Shown piece by piece: positions 25,401 through 42,715 of a stretch of DNA of 64,000 nucleotides (position 1 is the first letter of the stretch; every line of letters begins with the position of its first letter). The notes beneath the pieces were generated by a model. It did no database searches and had not been told where the DNA came from. It saw only the letters and a list, made by a program, of their open reading frames with translations. The translations under genes and the position numbers were made by a program. Source of the DNA: Tubulanus polymorphus. Taxonomy: Eukaryota > Animalia > Nemertea. Where the stretch lies: assembly GCF_964204645.1 (NCBI RefSeq), contig NC_134025.1, forward strand, positions 27,508,299 through 27,572,298. The letters are read 5' to 3'.

Positions 25401-28400
25401 TGCTGTTGAAGCATATCCTACCGTATCTTTCAGATACAACTTTCATGGATAAACTACAGGTTCGCTCATTAAGCTTCTACTGGAAAATTTGTCCTTTAAG
25501 TTTGTATTCTATTTCATTATTCTGTTTTACAGGACACGCTGTTTCAGGATATTTTGCTACCGATAATCAAGCTGGCCTCATCTTGTAGTATAAGTTTTCC
25601 GAGTGGCGGACACGGTCGTTACATCATCTGTCTGAAGTATATCGACGTGTTATACATGGTCAGTCTACGGATCGGATTTGAGATGACACGCGAACATATG
25701 ACTCCAATCATACAGCGATTCTTCTCTTCATTCGACAGAGTTTATAACCCTAAAATCAACCTGAATGAGGAATCATCTCCAGGAGCGATCCCGACTAATA
25801 AAGGTTCGCTTATTTTGTTGGCACTTGAGAACTACTTCGGCATTACTGATTCTAATGGCTATTCGCATCGTATTTTGTACAGATTTAAAGTTGAAAATCC
25901 CTGAGGTCGTTGATGACAGCATGTTTTGCGAAATCAAGATGGATGATACGACTCAGGAGTATAAAATCGGCACACCAGTTCGCGTTGATCAACTATCGTG
26001 GAGATACAGTCTATCTCCACCTACAAATGAAGATAGAGTCACAGGTTCGCGCTTTTATACACTGAATTATTTCGGATACATATGAATAAAACCTGAAAGT
26101 AAACATATTTGCTTTTTCAGATCTGGATGAAGAATCAAACGAAGTTCAGTCGACGGCGGAGAAAATTCAGGAAGAATTGAAGGAAGCATTCACACCAGAA
26201 CTAGCTCATATGGCTTATATTCCATTTTGTCGTGTAGCGGGAGGGTAGGCCTATGTCGTTGTTTATTCAGTGATTCACACAATGCGATTATTATCATGTC
26301 TGAATAACGCATATCTGACAATGATTTCAGGATTCATATGGAACAGAGTTTACATAATGATGACCTCATTCGTAAACTTTGTGCTAATTATGACGATGCC
26401 CTGGCGAAACAACAACCTTGGACTTCTGGTACACAAACAAGTCAGTATCTCGAATATGAGAGGACCCTTTGTTGTTTAAGGCTTCTGAATTTTTGCTGAT
26501 TAAATTGAAGAATGTTAAATTATGTATTTCATTCTATGTTTATAGACCTAGACATACCATTGTCCCCTGATGATGAATTAACAGTAAGTGGCAGTTTTGG
26601 ACGCAATGTTTCAATGGAAGGAAATAAAATAGTTTTACAAGAATCCGATGAGGAATATGAAACAGATGCCAAAACGCGGGGAAAAGTCTTTGATTTCCCT
26701 ACCATCAACCCTGAAAAATTGAAGAGGTATGGATTGAAAAATTATTTGGATTAAATATGTTGATTCTACAGTATTTTACGGTTTGATTCAAAATTTTTTC
26801 CAGCCCCGAAATGGAAAACAATAAGCAACGCCATTTGAAAGGAAACTGGCTTGCTTACTGGGAACATGAATTAGGTATTCTTTTCTAAATATCCCCATTA
26901 TTCTACTTATTCTACTGCACATGAATACAGTAAGCATTTACTTGCAGGTTTAAGTGAAAAAGGTAGCACTTTCAACTTCAAACAAATAAAGCTACAGACA
27001 TACGTAGGTTAGTTCAAGAATATTGCATTGTGTAGATTATCTGGTTACATTGATGAAACATTTTGATAAAATTGGTAATTTTCTGATGCATTTTTAGGTC
27101 ATACCAATAGCGTACGATCGTTATATGTGATGGATAATGAAAACTCATTCATATCTGCGAGTAAAGATAAAACTGTAAAACTCTGGTCGATCCGGAATCA
27201 GGGTGATGGGTCATGTCGGTAGGTCAATTATTCCTCTGATATTGAAACGATGGGAATATGAACGTATATTCGCACAGTGATTTCAATATTTATTGCCGTG
27301 TTTTAGGGCTGCTCCACAGTGGACTTACAGGAAACACCGAAAATCAGTTTTTGCTGTGACATTTTTAGAATCGAAGAGGCTTGTCGTGTCCTGCGACAGT
27401 GTTGTTCATGTAAATATTCTCGTATGGGATCGTACTGAAATTTCTCCGAATTCTTGTTTAAAGCGATAGCTGTTTGTTGTTTTCAGATTTGGGATCCTTT
27501 TGTGTGTAGCACTATCAAAGAATTTGAAGGTAACCGAGAACCGCCGGTGACAGTTTTGACTCCAATGCCTTCACCATCTACCAGTCTAATAACTGCTACT
27601 ACCGACTCTACTCTGCGGTAGGTTAAATCCATCTATTTCAATATGTGTTTGCCTATTTTGATAATTTCTAAGCCCCCTCAATAGTTTTGCATAAAGTTTG
27701 AGAAACGATTCAATTTCGATTAATTTTACAGATTTCTGGATGTAAGACTAGCTAAGTATGCGCATGAGTATAAATGTACTACAGGACCAGCTGGTCTGAT
27801 ACGTTGTGTAACGGTTAGTCCTAATTGTAACTGGGTTGCTATCGGTTACTCATCTGGTATCATCTCAATTCTGGATGTACGAACTGGTTTATTACTCGGA
27901 ACCTGGAAAGGACACGAGGGGGAAATTTTGCAGGTAATTCTTGGTTTCTTGTTTTGATGTTTAAGATTTTATATTTCTGAAAAATCACCAGATTGATGGT
28001 AAATGCATTGTGTTATTCAGATTAAAGCCAGCACTAATAACAGTTTTGTGAGTTCTTCCTTTGATCAGACAATGAATTTGTGGAGCACCGATGATGGAAA
28101 ATTAACTGGATCTTTAAAAGGTTTGTTTTGAAAATATTTCCAACATACAAGTGTTAATTGCTACAACTTCGAGCTCTACGATATTTTTCTATTATTTTAA
28201 GGTCACACGGAACCTGTGCACTGTTTTAGTTTCTATAAGAGTGAAATTATATCTGCCACGACTGCTAATCGAGTTGGAGTGCATACTAGTCTGGATCATT
28301 TGGTGAGTCTATTTACTAAAGTCAGTAGAATCTTGTATGAAAGACCTGGTTTAATGTTACATTTATTTATTTTCAGGCATCGTTCTCCAGTACAAAACTA

Positions 28401-28505
28401 CGGTCAGATACATTCCGTGGTGTGCTAACGACTATGGCAGTTCTTCCGTTGAATCGTTTGCTGTTATTGGGTGCTGACAATGGATCAATACGGTTACTCT
28501 GCTAG
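19479..28505 (+). CDS. WDR81: WD repeat-containing protein 81 (BEACH + WD40), multi-exon
   Basis: BEACH motifs [48 protein letters not shown] and WIDLTFG; [23 protein letters not shown]; [13 protein letters not shown]; C-terminal WD40 exons ending [11 protein letters not shown]. Start ATG could be 19479 or 19500. Confidence 0.93.
19627..19640 (+). promoter_or_regulatory. CTCF consensus motif in WDR81 intron 1
   Basis: CCACTAGGTGGCGC matches the CCASYAGRKGGCRS consensus at every position. Confidence 0.5.
22742..23026. mobile_element. Degenerate piggyBac-like MITE in a WDR81 intron
   Basis: CCCTTTCAGTG ... CACTGAAAGGT termini flanked by CTAA/TTAG (a degenerate TTAA), with internal inverted subrepeats. 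Confidence 0.5.
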
Positions 28506-30102
28506 ATAAAGCACACACTGTTTAGAGATTGAATGGCAGCAATGATTAGTAGTTTAGGTTCATTTGTGACAGTTTTCTAGTCAAACTTAAATGATGAAAT
28601 TGAAAATACGCGTTGAAATGAAGATGCTATCTCTTATTTGTAGTAGATTTATCTATTTATACTGTATCTATGTTTTATGTGATCATTACCTACTGTACAT
28701 GTTTTAAGGTACAATAATATTTATTGATTAATGATAAGAAAATGAAGCTGTGTGTACTAGGCTTTGCATTTTGCATGTCCCTAATTCTAGTCTTGTATTC
28801 TATTCAATGTACTTCAGAAATTCTGTAAGAAATCACAAGATACATAGAACATGAATCTTCAATTAGAAACCCAAAAAATTCTTTCTGTTTCGTTGAAGAT
28901 ATTGTCTCCGATATTAGTATATTTTGAAATTATTTGAATGAAAATACTGTATAATATAGCCATTTTCTCCCCTCAAAATCAAAAGTGATCAAAGTATTTA
29001 TGTAGAGATATATATTTTATGTAAATGAAGATAGTTGAATAGGTCTGCTATGAGACAGACTGTATGTTCTAGAATTGTAACCATGGCGAGATTTATGTTG
29101 TAATTCAACAGGAAACACTATGTAAACATAAGAAATACTTTATGAACTTAATTTACTGAAACTATGAGATTATAGGTCAAAGTACTGGTATGGTCATTGT
29201 CCTTTGAGGTCAAACATGTTATTTATATGGGGTAAACTTGTGAATAAATTACTTGTGTATTAAAAATCTTCGTTCATATTATGGTTATGATGAGAGAATT
29301 ATAAGCAGATATTTCTGAATAATCGAAAAGAAGAAATCCATGTGATAAAGGCACCATATATTTAACGCAAGTAGTAATTCGGATTGATTTGAAAATATTT
29401 ATTAATACACAATATAAGGTAGAAATAACAACAGAATCAGTCAAAAATCATCTGACTAATGGAGGGAATTCACTAACACTTAAAAGAGAGTTACAACATC
29501 AGGAAGACACGATGATAAAGATTATATACATGTACATTTACTATAGTTAGAAACAGTTATTCTAACTAGTTGATTTGCACTCTGATGGTTTACTTCTTAA
29601 AAACATTTCCGACATCAAGAGAAATATCACAGTCATTGTAATATGGTGTAAAAGCCATCTATACATATTACTTTAACTTCCTAAAATTGAAATGATTAAT
29701 TTCCAGGACCCAGTTATGCAGCTGTACTAATTCATTAGTCAAGCGTTAGAACTGCGTTCAATGAGTAAATTTCAAGATTTGGCACATGATAGAAACATAT
29801 ATCATTTACTCTATAATAATCAAAATCAATTTGCCCTATCATATTCAATATTGAGTAGTATTGTAAAAGACATAATGTAAAAGACATAATTTAAGCTTAA
29901 ATATGAAGGCACTAATAACTTAAACCATAAACTATAAATTCACAACATTTTGCACTGTGGGGCCGACTGACTGCATGACTATTCTTTAGACAAAACACTG
30001 TCCACTTTCATATACATGTACACTGTACACTAATAGTATATACCCTGCAGAACTGATTTGTACACTACTTGTAAGACAAACAATTCTATGTACAATATTG
30101 TT

Positions 30103-35114
<5,012 letters not shown>

Positions 35115-35410
35115 TTTGTCTGACTTTGTATCCCTACAAAAATATTGTATACTAATGGTAGTGATGGTAATAAAATTGATTGCCATTTAATAAATGATTT
35201 AGCAAAACATAAATACGTTTGGCATTGTTTGGAGGCCAAGGTTTTTATCTTATAATTCCCCTGTCTCAAAATATGGAAATATTTCTAAAACTTTCAAAAA
35301 ATCTTCTCTCTCACCTTGCATTCAATCAAACATATTCAATTCGAGGTTGATCACCGTTTATATTGCAAAAGGTACACTACTACTGGTGTTAGCGCACTTG
35401 TCCTCCATAT

Positions 35411-35449
35411 TGTTTACATTTGTCATGACAACCAATTAAGATCGAATCC
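35411..35449. promoter_or_regulatory. ANKEF1 promoter module: forkhead site + RFX X-box + near-B-box
   Basis: TGTTTAC (35411-35417), palindromic TTTGTCATGACAAC (35419-35432) and GATCGAATCC (35440-35449), upstream of a non-coding first exon donor (~35315). Confidence 0.5.
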
Positions 35450-35831
35450 AATTAAAACATAATTAAGAGATTTCACATTTATCTATTTCTACACAATTTC
35501 TTAAAGAAACTCCTTTATGAATTATATCTCTCATACTCATACAACATCTATTTGTTCCTCTTAGAATTTTAGCTAATTACCTTTTAACTGATAATCCTAT
35601 AGAGGGCAGCACTAAACGAGTAAACTGTCAAACAACAAACCCTTCATTTTTTATGAATGATTACTTTTATTATGAAAACATTTCATATACATTTACAACA
35701 TACACTATTTACAAAGTCATTATATTTAACAGAATATATGCAATTATATTGCAGATTTCCACTGATTTCTATCTAATACACAGATTTCTAACTAAAGATA
35801 GAGAGGTACAGGTAGACTGCACTACTGAGAA

Positions 35832-36458
35832 TCACATAGCTTTAACTTTTTCTGCAAATTGTTCAATGTGTTTTGCAACTTCTTTCTGAATGTCAGCTGG
35901 TGAAGCCTTCGGATGAGCTTTGAGATATTCAACGATACCCATTATACATTGAGTCTGAAATAATGACAAAAAAAACAAAATATAATTTAAATCGGTAGTG
36001 TATGCATGCCACTAATTTAGATATAATTCAGGCTAAAAAATGAAATTACCCGATAAGTCTCTAAAGTCCGTTCTCCAGATAAACGTTGCCAAATTTCTGT
36101 GCCGACCTTCAACGAAGTTAATCCTTCTAGAATTGGTTTTCCAGCATCTCCACCTTTCAGCCATGCTAGCAGAGCAATCTACAAATAAAAGAACCAAACA
36201 AATGATACAGCCAAGTTTCTCATCGAAAGGAATACCTCTCTGTGCCCAACAACAAGACGAGGAGAGGGGCCAGTTAAAAAAAAGTTTTTGACAGAAGAAA
36301 GAACATGAAGAAAGAAAAAATTATTTTTGATTCGAGCCAATTAAGATTTCAAGATATGAAATGTCAAACTAACAGATTCAATGTTGACTCAAAATATCTA
36401 CCTGTTGCAATAAGTCATTATTACTCAATTTTGAACTGGAATCGAAGAGAAAATCCAT
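35832..36458 (-). CDS. Uncharacterised 102-aa protein, 3 exons (36402-36458, 36050-36178, 35832-35954); absent from the ORF track
   Basis: Three phase-0 GT-AG joined exons give MDFLFDSSSKLSNNDLLQQIALLAWLKGGDAGKPILEGLTSLKVGTEIWQRLSGERTLETYRTQCIMGIVEYLKAHPKASPADIQKEVAKHIEQFAEKVKAM*, with an in-frame stop upstream of the ATG. Confidence 0.75.
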
Positions 36459-37141
36459 TTTATTAAGATTCTTGGGATTTTTGACAGGTCAATCTCGATA
36501 CACAATGTTTGGATGTGTTTTGGCTCCAAATACGCAATGTTAGTGTAGCGTGTTGAATTGAATTGAGTTTGTTGAAAAATTGCACGAAGTGTCTCGCCAT
36601 CTGTATCCTGGATCGAATAAAACGTGTCGATCATCGGCTTTGGATATACATTTCATATATTTTAAGGTATCAATGATGAGATAAGCTGATTGATCGCTTG
36701 GATTTATTTAATTTTAACCTGACAACGATTCAAAGAAGAGAGTTCAAAAAATAAAAGCTATTCAATTTCAATTCAATCATCATTTTATCTTTTTCACATA
36801 TCAGAAAATGAAAATAAAAGCATGATGCCAGTATGAAGACAGCGCAAATTCTGTGAATGAGCCAAATTTTTGCTTTTTTTGGATTGAATAGTTGTGTTCA
36901 CGTTGTCGGCCTCCGTCTTGGCTTCAGTCCTGACTCCTCTAGTACTCCTGGCCAGATTTATAAGACACCGCAATGTGACTGGATTAACAGATTATCATTT
37001 TTACAGTACCAACCACTATGATCCAAGTCCCTGTGAGCCGGTCCAACTTTGTTAGTTTGATATGATGTGTCAGTCCATGGATTATCTCTCTTTAATTCTT
37101 GTGTCATCATTGGTCGCTATTTTATTCATTAAGGTTAAAAA

Positions 37142-38000
37142 ATGACTGATGAAGACTATGATTGGCAACCTCCGACCACAGCTGAATTAAAAGTGATACA
37201 AGCTCGAAGGGAACGATCTGATAAAATCAGTCAACTGATGGGTGATTATCTTCTTAAAGGCTATAAAATGCTGGGCACGTCTTGTGCAGAATGTTCGGTA
37301 TGTAAATATTAATTGACCTTTTCAAGGTTATCTTTGGAACTAACAGGATAAAGAATGACCTGAGTGACTACTAATTAGTTATATTTCAAACTTACAAAGC
37401 TTTGGAAAGTATTACGTGTATTATTATTTTAATTTTAGACTATTTTAATGAGAGATCGACAAGGTGTAGATTACTGTATAGCTTGCAATGAATTGGATTC
37501 TGATGTAAATAAGGACAATCCTGGTAAGTGTAAGGCCTACATCAGTTATTGATTTCTCAGCCGAAAATTTCTATTCAAATAGATAGGATTTGTAATCAGT
37601 ATTCTTTGTGTAATTTATAGCAGTCAATCCTGCAGCTGCTTTATCACAAACCAGAGAACAACAACAACGCTCATCATCGAACCCTGTATTCAACGATGAT
37701 GTTCTTCCTTCAACATCTACAGTTGTTAATCATCCTCCGGTCACCACTAATGTTCAATTACCGAGACAACCTCTGAGTCGCCGTGAACCTGTTCGATCTA
37801 ATGAATCGTCATCCCAGGTTCAGTCCTCTTTACAAGCGGTGGAAGAGAAACTTCACTGGGCGACTGAAGAGTTAAAACATTCGACCTCGATAGAATCGAG
37901 TATACAACTTTGTAATTTGATAAGAACATCTGCCGAGACGATAACATCACTGAAACAGATGCAACGATCAACATCATTCAATGCTGCAGAACAAGAATAA
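37142..38000 (+). CDS. ZNRD2: ZNRD2 / Sjogren syndrome-scleroderma autoantigen 1 (zinc ribbon), 3 exons; absent from the ORF track
   Basis: WQPPTTAELKVIQARRERSDKISQLMGDYLLKGYKMLGTSCAEC, then TILMRDRQGVDYCIACNELDSDVNKDNP, and C-terminal KLHWATEELKHSTSIESSIQLCNLIR. Confidence 0.9.
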
Positions 38001-38398
38001 AGGTAGCAATTACTGTTTAAAAACTTATCTTCAAGCTTCCTCCTATCGACATATCAATATCTGACTTCAAGCCATGAATGCACACATCTTTATTTATTAC
38101 CGGTATTCATACTGTTCTGTAATCATCAAATTAAGTTACATTCATATTTTGTGCAAAATGTTAAATTTTCATATTCGTGAATTGAATTAGATTTCTGAAG
38201 ATCAATATTTATTTGTTGTCAACAAACGTTTCTATTATCATCTCTTTACAGATGAAAAGATAATGGATTAGATTATCTCTATATGGATATTTCTTTCAAG
38301 TTAGATTTGTTTTTCAATACATGACGATTCACTTAATTCGATTAACTCTCCGACAATAACAGTATAGTTGGTAGACTCCAATTTGATTATCAGAAATC

Positions 38399-39364
38399 AT
38401 GAATTTTACTCAGATGCAAATTGGTCGAACTTATAACAGTTATATCGTCATCATGTCGGTGGCCAACAAGTCTGGTAGCTACCGTACGCTGTCAGTGGTC
38501 ATTCAACTTATCTTGTTTCTGTTAGGAGCCTTCGGAAATTCAGCTACATCCATAGTGATGATAAGCCGCAGATTTCGGAGTTTATCTTATGCTAACTATC
38601 TCATCGTTTTGTCTGTCACTGATGCCATGTACTGCATCAACATTGCTTTGATGCCCGTGGTACAGTTTGTTCTCTTGCACATAAACATCAACCCTATCTT
38701 TTTGATGAAATCACTGATCAGTTGTCAAATCTACGAGTTTATAATGGAGCTTGCAGCCTGTAATAGTTCCTGGTTGATAGTAGCAGTATCTCTAGAACGT
38801 GCAGCAGTCGTGCTCTTCCCGTTTACATCTCGTTTGATATGTACACCTACATTTTCAAGATGTGCTATATTTATAATAAGTGGTGTGAATACACTAACCT
38901 TATATCTTCTGCCTACTTTAGAGATACATTTTCCCAACCAGTCTTTCGGATGTTACTACAAATTATTCGATCAAATAACATTTTTCACAACATTTGTCAT
39001 CTATGTTTATTTTCTACCTTTGTCTTTGATTCTTGCTTCGAATGCTGGTATAATATATCGGTTATTCAGGGGCTCGAAAATGATTTCGTCAGATAAGAAA
39101 ACTACGAAATCAAAACGCACAACGATAATGCTCGTAACCGTTTCACTTGTATTTGCTACATGCACGCTACCATCGTCTATTACTGCATTCTTACCTATCT
39201 CCATGAAACTGAAAGATTCCCTTTATGATGTATTCACTCAGTTTCAATTGTGTAACTACGTCATTAACTTCTACATATATCTTTTACTGGGGCGAGAAAT
39301 TCGTGAATATTTCTGTACAAAAATCTGCAGAAATTCACGTCAGAAAGTTTCATTCACTCATTAA
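38399..39364 (+). CDS. Intronless class A GPCR, copy 1 (peptide-receptor-like)
   Basis: 7TM with FGN, LSVTD, SLERAAVVLFP and NYVINFYIY; 321 aa. Confidence 0.85.
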   Translation: MNFTQMQIGRTYNSYIVIMSVANKSGSYRTLSVVIQLILFLLGAFGNSATSIVMISRRFRSLSYANYLIVLSVTDAMYCINIALMPVVQFVLLHININPIFLMKSLISCQIYEFIMELAACNSSWLIVAVSLERAAVVLFPFTSRLICTPTFSRCAIFIISGVNTLTLYLLPTLEIHFPNQSFGCYYKLFDQITFFTTFVIYVYFLPLSLILASNAGIIYRLFRGSKMISSDKKTTKSKRTTIMLVTVSLVFATCTLPSSITAFLPISMKLKDSLYDVFTQFQLCNYVINFYIYLLLGREIREYFCTKICRNSRQKVSFTH

Positions 39365-39856
39365 GTTTATTATACCGTGAGTTATGGTAGTGGTCATCGT
39401 CAGAACATTCTTTATTTTACATAAACTTCTGTGCATCTCAAATACTTGTGGACAATGTTAACCTTTCAAACTTGACAATATAAGCTACGTAGTTAGAACT
39501 AGTCGTCTCCTGTTGTTCCTGTAAGTTATAGCAGAATGATACATTTTCATTATCGGTTGTCACAGTACTGTGAATTATATCACCTGTGTTAGCGCCAATC
39601 TTTAAAGGGGAAAAGAGGTTCAGAAATGATTGGTTACAGTATTTGGTACTAGCTGTTGAAAAACATTGTTTATATGGTTTCTGGTATGATTGTGATCAGG
39701 TAATGATGTTGAAAAAATTGTAGTTGTGAGAGATGATCGAATAAATTGATACTAAAGTTTGGCATATTCCGAGCATATATTAGTTCTCTGTTCTATTTGT
39801 AGATGGTAGCACCATCAGTTGCATAGCAGATTTTAGATATATATTTGAAATGATAA

Positions 39857-41227
39857 TGCAGCTATCAATGTGAACCCTGACCCCCCCTAGTTCAGACATT
39901 CGACCCTAATTCGACACATACCATAAATCTTTCCGCTCAGGTTTCGACAGATTATCACTATTACCATAGATGACATTAGTCAGGTTTTCGTCACTTTTAT
40001 AGAATAACCTCGTCAGGGCTTCGACAGCTTTCCACTAGACAGATTTCCTTAAGAAATACAATACGCCAGGTATTCGACACAATGTAGCATGTTTATTAAT
40101 TTCATTTCTTTTATTAAAACTATAAAATCTTAACAAAACTTAACTCATTTTATAAGCCTTTTGAAACAGCAGTGACATGCTGCAGACATGATAGATGAAG
40201 CAACGTCATGTTTCTTCCAAGATCAAACTTCATTGTAAAAGAAATACCAGTCAAGTGGCTGGTTTGGGCTTTAGGGGAACCATGTAATATTGTTTATCCA
40301 AAGTAAACATTCATTTTGACTAATAAGCTCCACATCCAAAAGATGTGTTTTATGAGGATTAAAATATGTATTAATTAATTATTACACAATTACGGTTCTT
40401 GCGTTTTTTTTGTATAACCCTGTTTATAATATGAATCTCAATGTTTAAAAAGACGAGGAAAGAGCGCGAATATAGGCTTGAATTGAATTGCATTTATAAT
40501 CTCCACGTACCGGACCTGATGGCTGGTGGCTGGAACCGGACCGTTTTGCGGCCCGCGAAGATCTCACCGTTGTTCCGATATTAAAAAATCAACAATGCAC
40601 CTTTAAAAACAATAATAATTAGACTTTATTAAGAATATTTTCTCGTTTCCATTGGGACGAAAACCTTCCTGAATCATGGAAAATAGTTGCCGACGGTGAG
40701 ACCACCATGAACATGGCCTATTCTTCAATCGGGGATTTTCACATTCGTTTAAATTTTATCGTAATAACAAGCTCCAAAGAGTTGAAATAGAACTTATGCT
40801 GTTTATTTTAATGAAGATTGAAGTGATAAATAATGCTAAGCTAACAATTAAATGTGACAACTTCTGTGAGAATTTCCCACGATATAGAGGCTCTGGCGAC
40901 CTGACGTTTTAGTGAAGCGACATATCCGATCGGGAACGTAACAACGGAAGGTAAACTGACTATATGTCCTGTATGTTCAAACCGCATATCAAACCGCTTT
41001 TCGTCAGACTTTCAAAGTAGGTTTAGATTGGAATCCGCCAGACATTCGATGCTCAATGAATACATAATCGTCACGCATTCGATAGAGATACGACACCAAT
41101 TTCTTTTGGGTTCGCCAGAGATTCGTTAATTACTAAAAAAGTCTTCGTTCAGGATCCACCAATTTTCACGTCGAAATCCTGGCGATGGATGAACTAGGGG
41201 GGGTCAGGGTTCACATTGATAGCTGCA
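39857..41227. mobile_element. Non-autonomous DNA transposon with perfect 38-bp TIRs and TAA target duplication (Academ- or PIF/Harbinger-like)
   Basis: TGCAGCTATCAATGTGAACCCTGACCCCCCCTAGTTCA at both ends, inverted; TAA at 39854-39856 and 41228-41230; the empty site ATGATAAGAAG is present at 43201-43211. Confidence 0.9.
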
Positions 41228-41749
41228 TAAGAAGATTGAGTCCCTTAGTTTTTTAAAAATAGGCCTATTGAGAAGTTTTTCATGGAGTTTGTGAGGATTG
41301 CCAGTCTGATGTTAGTAAATCAGACTCATCGCTCAGAATCTTCTTCGCCACATAATTACTGTTTAAAAACTTATTTTCAAGCTTCCTCCTATTGACATAT
41401 CAATATCTGACTTCAAGCCATGAATGCACAAATTTTTATTTATTACCGGTATTCATACTGTTCTGGAATCATCAAATTAAGTTACATTCATATTTTGTGC
41501 AATATGTTAAATTTTCATATTCGTGAATTGAATTAGATTTCTGAAGATCAACATTTATTTGTTGTCAATATACGATTCTATTATCATCTCTTTACAAATG
41601 AAAAGTAAGTGTGATAATGGATTAGATTATCTCTATATAGATATTTCTTTTTCACGTTAGATTTGTTTTTCAATACATGACGATTCACTTAGTAAACTCT
41701 CCGACAATAACAGTATAGTCGGTAGACTCCAATTTGATTATCAGAAATC

Positions 41750-42715
41750 ATGAATTTTACTAAGAAGAAAATTGGTCGAACTTATAGCAGTTATATCGTC
41801 ATCATGTCGGTGGCCAACAAGTCTGGCAGCTATCGTACGCTGTCAGTCGTCATTAGGCTTATCTTGTTTCTGTTAGGAGCTTTCGGAAATTCAGCTACAT
41901 CCATAGTGATGATAAGCCGCAGATTTCGGAGTTTATCTTACGCTAACTATCTCATCGTTTTGTCTGTCAGTGATGCCATGTACTGCATCAATATTGCTTT
42001 GATGCCTGTCGTGCAGTTTGTTCTCTTGCACGTTAACATCAGCCCTATATTTTTGATGAAATCACTGATCAGTTGTCAAATCTACGAGTTTATAATGGAG
42101 CTTGCAGCCTGTAATAGTTCCTGGTTGATAGTAGCAATATCTCTAGAACGTGCAGCAGTCGTGCTCTTCCCATTTACATCTCGTTTGATATGTACACCTA
42201 CATTTTCAAGATGTGCTATATTTATAATAAGTGGCGTGAATACACTGACCTTATATCTTCTGCCTACTTTAGAGATACATTTTCCCAACCAGTCTTTCGG
42301 ATGTTACTACAAATTATTCGATCAAATAGCATTATTCACAACATTTGTCATCTATGTTTATTTTCTACCTTTGTCTTTGATTCTTGCTTCGAATGCTGGT
42401 ATAATATATCGGTTATTCAGGGGCTCGAAAATGATTTCGTCAGATAAGAAAACTACGAAATCAAAACGCACAACGATAATGCTCGTAACTGTTTCACTTG
42501 TATTTGCTACATGCACGCTACCATCGTCTATTACTGCATTCTTACCTATCTCCGTGAAACTGAAAGATTCCCTTTATGATGTATTCACTCAGTTTCAATT
42601 GTGTAACTACGTCATTAACTTCTACATATATCTTTTACTGGGGCGAGAAATTCGTGAATATTTCTGTACAAAAATCTGCAGAAATTCACGTCAGAAAGTT
42701 TCATTCACTCATTAA
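41750..42715 (+). CDS. Intronless class A GPCR, copy 2
   Basis: 321 aa with 12 amino-acid differences from copy 1; intact frame. Confidence 0.85.
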   Translation: MNFTKKKIGRTYSSYIVIMSVANKSGSYRTLSVVIRLILFLLGAFGNSATSIVMISRRFRSLSYANYLIVLSVSDAMYCINIALMPVVQFVLLHVNISPIFLMKSLISCQIYEFIMELAACNSSWLIVAISLERAAVVLFPFTSRLICTPTFSRCAIFIISGVNTLTLYLLPTLEIHFPNQSFGCYYKLFDQIALFTTFVIYVYFLPLSLILASNAGIIYRLFRGSKMISSDKKTTKSKRTTIMLVTVSLVFATCTLPSSITAFLPISVKLKDSLYDVFTQFQLCNYVINFYIYLLLGREIREYFCTKICRNSRQKVSFTH

